The notes under the pieces were generated by a model. That model did not search any database, was not told the origin of the DNA, and saw only the letters and a program-made list of their open reading frames with translations. A DNA stretch of 64,000 nt from NCBI RefSeq assembly GCF_009914755.1, contig NC_060925.1. One strand, written 5' to 3'. Shown here in pieces: positions 40,161-51,884 of this stretch; the stretch's first letter is position 1; the number at the start of each line of letters is the position of its first letter. The DNA comes from the human T2T-CHM13v2.0 reference genome, Homo sapiens. Position numbers and translations under genes: made by a program.

Positions 40161-43100
40161 GGGGCAGGCCGCCATCTTTCCTGTTCAGGCAACTTAGTCA
40201 TTCCAGCCTGAGGGCTTTGGAGAGTATAAACCGACAAGGGGCAGAAGAGATCCCACAGCACAGCTAGCTGCTTTACCAAATCATGGCCAGAATGCTTCTG
40301 TAAGCAGGCCCCCGACCTTGTTGCACATCACTGTACAGGACCTCCCAAATGGGGCCTCCAGCTACCACCACCAGCATTCCTTGGCCAATAGAAATTTGAA
40401 GTGTTCACGGGACAGAGCTCCCAGAGAGAGGGGCAGGCCACCACCTTTGCTGTTTGGGTGACTAGCCGTTCTGGTTTGCGGGCTTTGGAAAGCCCAAGGT
40501 GACAAGGGGTGGAAGAGGAACCTCAGCGCAGCACGGCCACACTACAAAAACGTGGCCAGACTCTTGTTTAAGTCAGTCCCCGACCACATTTCTAATCAGC
40601 AGGTGAAGGCTTTCAACCAGGGTCTCCAGCTGCCCTCACTGCTGTTCTCTGGCCGACAGAGGTTTCAGGCCTCCCTGAGTCAGAGCTCCCAGGGGGAGGA
40701 CCAGACTGTTGTCTTTGCTGTTGGGGCAACTCAGCCATTTCAGCATTAGGGCTTCAGAGTGTCTGAGGCAACCAGGAGTGGAAGTGAACACCCGGCATAG
40801 CACAGCTGCTCTAGAAAAACGTGCCCAGACTTTTTTTTTAAGTCAGTGCCTGTTTTTGTTCATCCTGACTAGATAAGACTTCTCAACTTGTCTCCAGTCA
40901 CATCTTATAGGTGTGTTCATACTGGCAACAAGTTCGTACCTCAGTGGCACAGAGCTCCCAGAGGAAGGGGCAGGCTATCATCTTCCCTGGAAAATACAAG
41001 GCAATTAGGGACTGGAGGGGACCCCCAGCATACCACAGCAGCCTGACAGAAAAGTGGCCAGACAGTCTACTTGATGGGCAGGTCCTACTGACCTGGGTCT
41101 CCAGCCAGTCCACCATCAGAGCTATCCAGCCAGTAGCAACTCAGCAATTCCCTGGACAGAGCTTCCAGGAGCAAACGAAATTCTCTCTTCCATTGCCTCT
41201 GCAGTGAAACTGCCCTTTCTACCCTCAGAATATCAAGGGAGCAAAGACCCTAAGTGCCATATTGACACCTCCAATAAGCTGCGGTTGACCCAATGAACAA
41301 GCCAGTCCATCTCCCACGGGTACCACACACCCCCCACTGCTCATCACCAGAGAGGGAACACTGGCTTGACCTCACAATACAGACCCTCCATCCTGGGCTG
41401 ATTACGCTAAGTGATTGCTAACTCACATCTCTATGGGATGGAGCACCCAGGAGACAAGCAGAGTGGTGGAGCAGCAAGTCAGGTGATGTGGAGCCCAGAG
41501 GGCAGGGACAGCTATCTCTCTAGGCTCCACGTGCCCTTGTGAGATACTTTATCCCAGCACTTTAGGAATGCTAAGTTCAGATCAGCCCCATCTCATGTTC
41601 AAGATTGCCCAGCAGAGATCAGGTCCCAGAGTTCCCCTCTTCAAAAAGGGGACTTGCTTAAAACAGAAGCCTGGCCATGTTTGTGTAAAGCAGCTATGCT
41701 GTGCCGGGGGTTCACTTTTGAGAGAGTTCTCCTCTGAGACCTGATCTCTGCTGGGCAGTCTTGCACATGAGATGGGGCTGGTCTGATATCAGCACTCCTT
41801 AGTCTGCTTGCCTCTCCCAGGACCCCAGCCTGGCCACACCTGCATACAGGGCACTCTCGGATGCCCACAGCATAGCTTCCATGCTAGTGGACTGTACCTG
41901 ATCAGTGGAGAGCTGCAGCAAGGTGGCCCCAACAGCCACGCACCAGCCTGCACATTACCTCTCCGTACTGCAGCCCTTTATATGGAAACTTCCTACATCA
42001 CTTTGCTGTGTGTGTTTACACATGTGGGTTTTGCTGTACTTGCCCTGACAGCACAGGGGAGTGCAGGACACACCCCAACCCACACCAACTGCCATTGAAG
42101 ACAGAGCCTTGGTGGGCACAGAACCAAGAACCCCACCCCTGCCAGCACCTAACCCTTGAGCTAATGCTGTGCAGAGAAAAAGGGACCTTCTTATAACCTG
42201 AGTGACCACGGTTGCTTTGAGGGGCACAGAGAAGGCACCATGGCCTGCACTGGCCAGCAGCCCACCCTGAACCAACACTACCTCCAGTGCAACACACACA
42301 CAGCAGGGGACCCCTGGCCCACACCCCAGCTGTCTTGCCTCCACCACTGGGTGAACGCCCGCAGGGAGGCAGGGACTTTTGCATCCACTAGCATTCTGCC
42401 ACAGTTGACACACTTTGGTCCCCTCAGTGCAGTGGACTCCAAACCTCCAAGAGCCAGAGAACAAAGTTGGGGCTCAAGACAAGTTCCCCAGAGTTAAAGC
42501 ACAAAGTCCAGGAATTGGGAGCTGCACATTGGCCCCCCTAAAATCCTCCAAAAACAAAGCCAGTTGGTTGAATCCACCTTATCCCACAATGAAACCCTCA
42601 AGATCATCAAATACAATAAAAGAAAAATACCCTGTCCGAAGGTCAGCAACCTCAAAGATGGAAGGTGGATAAGCCCATAAAGATGAGAAAGAATCTGTGT
42701 GAGAACACTGAAAACTCAAAAAGTCAGCATGCCTTCTTTCCTCCAAATGACTGTATCAACTCTCCAGCAAGTGTTCAGAACTGGGCTGAGGCTGAGATGT
42801 CTGGAATGATACAAGCAGGGTTCAGGATATGCGTAGGAACAAAGTTCACTGAGTGAAAGAAGTATGTTGTCATGCAATACAACAGAGCTAAAAATCATTG
42901 TAAAACATTGTAGGAGCTAACAGACAAAATAGCAAGTATAAAGAAGACATAACCGACCTAATAGAGCTGAAAAGCACACTACAAGAATTTTCATAATGCA
43001 GTCACATAGTGATTATGTGTGATTGCATTATGAAAATTATTGTAGTGTTTGTGGGCACCCGAGATTGCCCTGTAAGCAGGTGTGGCCAGGCTGGGGTCCT

Positions 43101-44270
43101 GGGAGAGGCAAGCAGACTAAGGAGGGCTGAGGTCACACCAGCTCCATCTCATGTGCAAGACCACCCAGCAGAATAGACCAAGCAGAGGAAAGAATCCCAG
43201 AGCTTGAAAACTGGCTTTCTGAAATAAAACAGGCAGACAAGAATGGGGGAAAAAAGAAGGAAAATGAATGAACAAAACATCCAAGAAATATGAGATTATA
43301 TAAACGACAAAATCTATGACTGATTAGTGTACGTGAAAGAGATGAGGAGAATGGAACCAACTTGGAAAACATACGTCAGAATATCATTCATGAGAATATC
43401 CCCAACCTATCCAGACAGGCCAACATTCCAATTCAGGAAATCCAGAGAACCTCAGTAAGATAAGCCACGAGAAGATCATCCCCAAGACATATAATCATCA
43501 GATTCTCCAAGGTCAAAATGAAAGAAACAATGTTAAAGGCAGCCAGGGAGAAAGGCAACGTCACCTGCAAAGGGAATTCCATCAGACTTAGCAGACTTCT
43601 CAGCTGAAACCCTACAAGCCAGAAAAGATATTCAACTTCTTAAAGAAAAGAAATTTCACGTAGTATGGCAGAGACAGATATACCATATAATAACATGGTG
43701 TTATTATAAATGGTTAAAAGAAAAAGAAATTTCAACCCAGAATTTCATGTCCAGCAAAATTAAGCATCATAAGTGAAGGAGAAACAAGATCCTTTTCAGA
43801 CAAGCAAATGCTGAGAGAATTCATTATCACCAGATCTACAAGAGCTCCTGAATGAAGCACTAAATATGGAAAGAAAAGACCATCACCAGCCACTACAAAA
43901 ATGCACCGAAGTACACAGACCAGTAATGCTAAAAACCAACCACACACACAAGTCTGCAAAATAACTAGCTGACAGCAGGACGACAGGATCTAATCCACAC
44001 ATACCATTACTAACCTTAAATGGAAATGGGCCAAATGCTCCGATTGAAAGACACAGGGGGGCAAGCTGGATAAAGAACCAAGACCCATTTGAGTATGCCG
44101 TCTCCAAGAAACCCATCTCACCTGCAGTGCCATACATAGGCTCAAAATGAAGGAATGGTGAAAAATCTTTCAAGCCAATGGAAAACAGAAGAAATCAGGT
44201 GTTACACCCTCAGTTTCGACAAAACGTATATACCAATAAAGATAAAAAAAGACAGAGAAGGACATTACAA
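40161..44270 (+). mobile_element. Old primate L1 (L1PA13-16/L1PREC2-like) 5'UTR, ORF1 and start of ORF2, rearranged
   Basis: ~268-bp 5'UTR tandem units starting ~40162, 40430, 40692, 40966; ORF1 motifs 42660-43900 (atcatcagattctccaaggtcaaaatgaaag); ORF2 endonuclease start acaggatctaatccacacataccattactaacc ~43983. Confidence 0.8.
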
Positions 44271-45265
44271 AGGTGGTCCTGACCTTTGATAAATCTCATT
44301 ATTGATTGCTACCAACCTGGGCTATCTTTATTGCCCAAACCAACAGGATAATTTGCTGAGGTTGTGGAGCTTCTCCCCTGCAAAGAGTCCCTGATCTCCC
44401 AAAATCTGGTTGAGATCTAAGTTTGATTTTGCTGTACAACTCCTTTTCTGAAGTTTTACTCATTTCCAACAAGGAAGGCAAGTTTTCCTGCTTCTGTGGT
44501 GATGGAGAGCAGGCACCTCCTTTCCTGAGTTTCAGCTTGCTTCTGACAGGGAAGGTGAGTGTAAGTTGTTTCCAGCTTCTAAGATGGCAGAGAACGATCC
44601 CCAGCCTGAGCCTTGTTGCCAGGTAAGTAGCTGAATTAGAGTTTTGTCTTAAAATTTTTCCTTAATGACTAAAATTTAAGATTACTCACCAGCTGCTTTT
44701 AATTTCTGCTTTTAGTTTCTCCTTACCATTAGAACACTCAGTAATCATATGAATTGTGCATTTGTTGTTTTGCTTAACTCTTTTTGTCTGTTTATGCTTG
44801 GGGCTTTATTGTTGTTGTTTCACTTTTCTCCCGTCTCTTCCTGACTTGGTCAAATCCAAAGGAATTTTCCAAATTGTGGGCAGCAAGACCTCTGAATTGG
44901 CTAAAACTCCTATGGCTGCAAACAAACAAACAAACAAATAAACAACAACAAAAAACATTCCAGTTAGCAGAAATTATTTTTTAAAACTTTTTTTTTTTTT
45001 TACATAAGTGGTCTCATCTACATAACAAGGCCACCCTTTTGCTAGCCAAGGCTAAACTGAAGGAGTAGTGGTGGTGACCCAATGTGAAGATTCTGCCCTG
45101 TTCACTACAGAAACCTGAGTTTGGTTCCTAAGTCTAGTTCTTTCTGTTTGATATTTGTGTTACTTTTAAAGCGTCAGCAGTTTGTCCCAGCTATGATGTG
45201 GTAATAAAAGATTCAAAAGGATTTTCTTTACAAGTTCTATGATTAAAAGCTTAATTAAAAGCAAA
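44271..45265 (+). mobile_element. ERV1 non-autonomous internal fragment (MER4-group-like)
   Basis: ccctgatctcccaaaatctggttgagatctaag..ttttgctgtacaactcc; ttcctgacttggtcaaatccaaagg; family from memory, strand tentative. Confidence 0.5.
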
Positions 45266-45267
45266 TT

Positions 45268-46885
45268 TCTTTTTTTTAATTATACTTTAAGTTCTGGGGT
45301 ACATGTGCAGAACATGCAGGTTTGTTACATAGGTATACACATGCCATGGTGGCTTGCTGCATCCATCAACCCATGATCTACATTAGTTATTTCTCCTAAT
45401 GCCATCCCTCTCCTAGCCCCCCACCCTGACAGGCCCTGGTGTGTGATGTTCCCCTTCCTGTGTCCCTGTGTTCCCATTGTTCAACTCCCAGTTATGAGTG
45501 AGAACATGTGGTGTTTGGTTTTCTGTTCTTCTGTTAGTTAGCTGAAAATGATGGTTTCCAGCTTCATTCATGTCCCAGCAAATGACGTGAATTCATCCCT
45601 TTTTATGGCTGCATAGTATTTCGTGGTGTGTATATGCCACATTTTCTTTATCTAGTCTATCATTGGTGGGCATTTGGTTTGGTTCCAAGTCTTTGCTGTT
45701 GTGAACAGTGCCGTAATAAACAGACAGGTGCATGTGTCTTTATATTAGAATGATTTATAATTTTGGGGGTATATACCCAGTAATGGGATTGCTGGGTCAA
45801 ATGATATTTCTGGTTGTAGATCCTTGAGGAATTGTCACACTGTCTTCCCCAACGGTTGAAGTAATTTATATTCCCACCAACTGTGTAAAAGCTTTCCTAT
45901 TTCTCCACATCCTCTCTAGCATCTGTTCTTTCCTGATTTTTTAACGATGACCATTCTAAGTGGTGTGAGATTGTATCTCATTGTGGTTTTGATTTCCATT
46001 TCTCTAATGACCAGTGATGATGTGCTTTGCTTCACATGTTCGTTGGCTGTATAAATGTCTTCTTTGGTAAGTGTCTGTTCATATCCTTTGTCCACTTTTT
46101 GATGGGGTTGTTTTTTTTTTTTTCTTGTAAGTTTGTTCTTTGTAGATTCTGCATATTAGCCCTTTGTCAGATGGATAGATTGCAACAATTTTCTCCCATT
46201 CTCTGGGTTGCCTGTTCACTCTGATAATAGTTTCTTTTGCACTGCAGATACTCTTAAGTTTAGTTAGATCCCATTTGTAAATTTTGGTTTTTGTAGCCAT
46301 TGCTTTTGGTGTTATAGTGATGAAGACTCTGCCTATGGCTATGTCCTGAATGGTATTGCCTAACACAAGGACATTTCTGTGCCTGAGTGCTATACCACCC
46401 AAAGTAATTTATAGACTCATTGCTGTCCCCATCAAGCTACCATTACTTTCTTCACAGAATTAGAAAAACTACTTTAAATTTCATATGGAACCAAAAAAGA
46501 GCCCACATAGCCAAGAAAATCCTAAGCAAAAACAGCAAAGCTAGAGGCATCACAGTACTTGACTTCAAATTATTCTACAAGGCTACAGTAACCAAAACAG
46601 CATGGGGCTGGTAACAAATCAGATCTATAGACCAATGGAACAGAACAGAGGCCTCAGAAATGACACCACACACTTAAAAGCATCTGATCTTTGACAAACC
46701 TGACAAAAACAAGCAATGGGAAAGGATACCCTATTTAATAAATGGTGTTGGGAAAACTGGCTAGCCAAATGCAGAAAACTGAAACTGGGCCACACCCATA
46801 CACCTTAAACAAAAATTAAGTAAGATGGATGAAAGAGTTAGAAGTAAGACCTAAAACCATAAAAAATCTATAAGAAAACCTAGGC
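45268..46885 (-). mobile_element. L1PA (PA7/8-like) with 5' inversion: 45268-46362 minus, ~46391-46885 plus
   Basis: Poly-T and 3'UTR at 45268; ORF2 [10 protein letters not shown]... on minus; plus segment ends agaaaacctaggc, the L1 position adjoining the minus segment's start (taggcaatacc). Confidence 0.88.
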
Positions 46886-46959
46886 CACCAACCTCAGGGG
46901 AAATGACCTGTAGTGAAATGCATGGTACAAACATGCATTTCCTGCTTCCTTGAGTGGGC

Positions 46960-49570
46960 AACGTTGATGGCTAGTCCAACCACTTCAGGCACACCCTTGC
47001 AAACGCGGCTGGTTGCTTTTTCAGCCAGCTTGGCCTTGCCCAGCATACACAAGCCTCAATGCAACAACTGTGCTAAAAATGGAGCCACACAGAGGAAATG
47101 AGCAGCAAGCTCAGAAGCAGGGTGTGCACTGCCTTTGGGGCTCCAGTCCATGCCTCAGGGCTTGTATGGGACTGCAGGATTCTTGGTTGCCAAGAGGTAG
47201 ACCATAGACCAGCCGAGGAGGACTTTATGTTCAAGGGCAGAAAGCAGCCAGGTTTACCACCCAGGGGACTCGGCCTTCTGTGGCCCCGGCCAGACTTAGA
47301 ATTTGGCTCAAAGCAGGACCAGCTCACTCGGAGTACTGTGTCAGTAGCTGGGGCCTGTACATGCTAGGCAAGGCTAAGCTGGCTCAAAGAGCAACCAGCT
47401 ACCACTGCAAGGGTGCTTCTGGAGGAGGTGGAGCAACCAGCAACCTCAGCTGCACAAGGAAGCAGGGATGGCCAAGTTCCCACAGCATGAGTGGCCACCG
47501 CCTGATGGCTGATCAAGCAGAGGCCTGAGGAAAAGGAGATGGCAGTTGGGCCCTACCTCTAGGGTAGAACAACTGATGTACCCTGACCGGTAGTGAGTGA
47601 GGTTGGTGGTGGGTCCACCGGCTCCTGGCACACCCTTGCAGAGGAGGCTGTTTGCTCTTTAAGGCAGCTTGGTCTTGCCTGGCATGCACAGGCCCCAGGT
47701 ACTGACACGCTGCTCCCAGTGAGCTTGTTCTGCCTTGGACCAAATTCTAGTGGCTTGGAGTTTGCCCAGCATGCACAAGCCTCAGTGTAATAACTGTGCA
47801 ACAAACGGAGCCACATAGACGAAACAAGCAGCAGGCTCAGAAGCAGGTTGTGCCCTGCCTTTGGGGCTCCAGTCAATGCCTCAGGGTTCCTATGGCACTG
47901 CGGGTTTCTTGGTTGCCTAGCTGCAGACCACAGGCTGTCTTGAGGAGGACTTTATGTTCAAGTGCAGAAAGTAGTCAGGATTACCATCCAGGGGACTCTG
48001 ACTTCTGTGGTCCTCTCCAGACTTAGAATTTGGCCCAAGGCAGGACAAGCTGACTCGGAGAAGAGTGTCAGTACCTGGGGCCTATGCATGCCAGGCAAGG
48101 CCAAGCTGGCTCAGAGCAACCAGCCACCTCTGCAAGGCTGTGCCTGTAGCAGGCAGACAAGCCAGCAACCTCACCCACTCAAGGAAGCCCGGATGGTGAG
48201 GTTCCAACAGCATGAGTAGCTGCCACCTGATGCCTGATGGAGCAGAGGCCTGAGGAAAAGCAGGTGGCATATTTAACTCTTTAATCAATCTTAAGTTAAT
48301 TTTTGTATAAAGCAGATGGCACTAGTCCATGCCTCATGGCTCATATGGCACTGCAGGCCACAGAAGGGCGAGTACCCAGGGTGGTAATCCTGCCTGCTTT
48401 CTGCACTTGAACATAAAGTCCTCCTCAAGATGGCCTGTGGTCTGCATCTTGGCCCCACCTTTAGGGTAGAAGAACTGATGTACCACATCTGGCAGTGAGT
48501 GAGATTGGCAGCTGGTCCATCTGCTCCTGGCACACCCTTGCAGAGGTGGCTGCTTGCTCTTTCAGCCAGCTTGGCCTTGCCTGGCATGCACAAGCCTCAC
48601 TGCAACAAGTGTGCTACAAATGGAGCCATATAGAGGAAATGATCAGCAGGCTCAGGAATGGGGCGTGCACTGCCTTTGTGGCTCCAGTCCATGCCTCAGG
48701 GCTCGTATGGCACTGTAGGCTTCTTGGTCGCCAAGAGGCAGAACACAGGCTGTCTTGAGGAGGACTTTATGTTCAAGTGCAGAAAGCAGCCAAGATTAGC
48801 ACCCAGGGGACTGGGCCTTCTGTGGCCCTGGCCAGACTTAGAATTTGACCCAAGGCAGGACAAGCTGACTCGGAGCAGAGTGTCAGTACCTGGGGCCTAT
48901 GCATGCCAGGGAAGGCCAAGATGGCTCAGAGCAACTAGCCACATCTGCAAGGCTGTGCCTGTAGTAGGCGGACAATCCAGCAACCTCAGCTACTCAAGGA
49001 AGGAGGGATGGCCAGGTTCCCACAGCCTGAGTGGTTGCCGCCTGATTACTGATAGAGCAGAGGCCTGAGGAAAAGCATATGGCACTGTGGCCCTACCTCT
49101 AGGGTAGAATAACTGATGTAACCTGACAAGCAGTGAGTGAGGTTGGTGTCCGGTCCACCGGCTCCTGGCACAACCTTGCAGAGGTGGCTGGTTGCTTTTT
49201 GAGCCAGCTTGGCCTTGCCCAGCATGCACAAGTCTGTGCAACAACTGTGACACAAATGGAGCCACACAGAGAAAATGAGCAGCAGGCTCAGGAGCAGGGT
49301 GTGTGCTTCCTCGGGGGCTCCAGTCCATGCCTGAGGATTCATATGGCACTGCGGGCTTCTTGGTTGCAAAGAGGTAGACCACAGGCCATCTTCAGGAGGT
49401 CTTTGTGTGGAAGTGTAGAAAGCAGCCAGGATTACCACCCGTGGGACTCGGCCTCTTGTGGCCCTGGCCTGACAGAATTTGGCCCAAAGCAGGACAAGCT
49501 CACTCAGAGCAACATGTCGGTACCTGGAGCCTGTGCATGCTAGGCAAGGCCAAGCTGGCTCAAAGAGCAC
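46960..49570 (+). repeat. Tandem array of ~4 self-complementary 0.6-0.8 kb units
   Basis: Unit start (cagccaggattaccacccaggggactcggcc) at ~47245, 47975, 48787, 49422; GKAKLAQRATSH-type peptides on both strands in the ORF track. Confidence 0.85.
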
Positions 49571-49584
49571 CCGGAGCATCCATT

Positions 49585-50732
49585 CTGGTGGATGAGCCAA
49601 CCACATGGCCAGCTTCTAGGTGTGGGCACAGTGCCACATCTTCCATCACTTTCTGATATATCCCACCACCACTGAAGAGACAGCCTGGAGAGAGTGCAAG
49701 AGGAAAGCTGAGAAGGATGAGATAGTGAGTGCTGGCTTCTTTCTGACCCTCAGCACACCCCCAGGTGGTGACCATCAACCTTTAGGGGTGGGAGAGCAAG
49801 ACTGATGGCTTCAAATAGTTCCCCAAAAAGATGGACACAGGCCACTCAGTTCAACCTCACAGCCAATGAGTTGACAAGCAAGCAGATGACAGTGACAGGC
49901 TTTTAGAAAGAGCATCAGAAGGTGGCCAGTTTTTCTTCAGCCTCAGCCAGGCCTTGGAACTTGACTAGGCCATCCACTTCACGAGAGATGCCTTCAAGAA
50001 CATCAGTAAGCTCCTTGCCAGTCAGTCCAGGAAGGACCTGGACCCAGCCATGGACCTGTTAGTGCTGTCTCAGGGACACAAGACAAACATCCTGGACATC
50101 ATCCACATACACAAGGAAGCTCTTACCAAAGTCACGGAGAACAGGCAACATGTGGCAGAAGGGAAGACAGAGGTGCAGAGGCTGATGGCGTCATTATCAC
50201 AGGAACAAGATTTCTTTGGCCACTTTGGCTGAAATTTACCACTTCCATCCAATTCACTCAAGTGAGAGACTTGAAATCACAGATGGAACATTTCTTGCAA
50301 CAAGAGATACTATTTTTTCAAAAAGTCACCTAAAATTTGATAGTGTTGAATGACTAGCTATTCAATTGTGGACTTTTTCCAGTTCACGGGTACTTTCTAC
50401 AGCAGAATGATAACAGTATCAAAGAGCTGGTGCCAGCTATCGGTGGTAGTACAAGGATGACTTTGTGCTCAACTGAAACCCAGCTGAATATAGAATTGTG
50501 TAGGAAAGTGTTAATATGGTGATAGAATAGAAACAGTAGCAAATGAACTAAATCATACTATGAATGCCTACACTACCATTATAACTTTTTGAAGAATGAT
50601 AATACCACTTACTTTATTGCCTTTTGAAGTAGGAATATTTTAGTGGATATCCTATAGATCTGAAACCCTATAAAGAATCCCAAAGAAGCTGGCTGGATAA
50701 AGCCTGCTATGGATGTCTGTATACTCAAAGAC
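49585..50732 (+). pseudogene. SNX18P: Processed SNX18 pseudogene, copy 2
   Basis: tggtggatg..aaccacatggccagc; [31 protein letters not shown]; [43 protein letters not shown]; 3'UTR shared with copy 1. Confidence 0.9.
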
Positions 50733-51880
50733 TGATGAGGCAATTCGAATATGTGTCCCCACCAAATCTCATGTTGAGTTATGCTTCCTAATGTTGGAGG
50801 TGGATCCTGGTATAAGGTGACGGAATCATGAAGGCAAATTTCTCATGAGTGGTTCAGCACCATCCCCTTGGTACTGTCCTCACAATCATGAGTGACTTCT
50901 CGTGAGATCTGGCCACTGAAAACTCTATATCACTCCGTACTCTCCGTGATTTCCTCTTGCCATGTGAGACAATTCACTCTTTCATTACCTTGCACAATGA
51001 TTGAAAGATTTCTGAGGCCCCCCAGAAGCAGAAGCACTAAGCTTCCTGTCCACTCTGCAGAACCATGAGCCAATTAAACCTCTTTTTCAAAATAAATCTT
51101 ACCAAAAATGGCAAATGAGGACTGGAGCATTGCTATAAAGATACCTGAAAATGTGGAAGCAACTTCGGAACTGGGTAATGAGTAGAGGTTGGAAGAGTTT
51201 GGAGGGCTCCAAAGAAGACAGACAGATGAGAACATTTTTGGACCATCTTAGAGACTGGTTAAATGGCTGTGACAAGAATGCTGACAAAAACATGGACAGT
51301 GAAGGCCAGGCTGAGGGGGCCTCAGATAAAAATAAGAAGCTTTCTGGAAAATGTCTCCCTTTTGGATATGGAAAGCTTACACAATGCCTGTACCATCATT
51401 GTACCTTAGACACAGTGAACTTGCTTTTTATTTCAGAGACTCGTAGGCAAAAGAGAATGTAGCCTTGACCCAGATGAGACTTTGGACTTTGTAACTTTGA
51501 GTTAATGCTGAAATGAGTTAAGACTTTGGGAGACTGCTGGCAAGGCATGACTGTATCTTGCAATGTGAGAAGGACATGAGATTTGTGGGGTCAGGGACAG
51601 AATAATACGGTTTTTCTCTATGCCCCTTCCAAAACTCATGTGAAAGTACACTCCCTAATGTTAGAGTTGGGGCCTAGGTGGAAAAAGCTTTAATCATAAA
51701 GGAGTGGGAGTGGATCCTTCACAAATGGCAAAGCACCAAGCCCTTAATGCCATCCTCCTGATAGTGAGTGAGTTCTCATGAGATCTAGTAGTTTAAAAGG
51801 CTGTGGAACCTCTTTCCTCTCTCTGTCTTGTTCCAACTTCTGCCATATGAAACATGTCATTGCCGCTTGGATTTCCGGCG
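50733..51880 (+). mobile_element. THE1D-type MaLR: LTR, deleted internal region, truncated LTR
   Basis: Colinear with 22557-23560 and then with 37140-37255. Confidence 0.85.
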
Positions 51881-51884
51881 TGGT

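Noticed and set aside
40161-41290. ~268-bp tandem repeat as a new satellite
   Set aside because: Consistent with the tandemly repeated 5'UTR of old primate L1 families and colinear with the downstream ORF1.
46913-49656. Many overlapping 60-186 aa ORFs on both strands
   Set aside because: Produced by GC-rich palindromic repeats; frames and stops differ between units; no recognisable domain.
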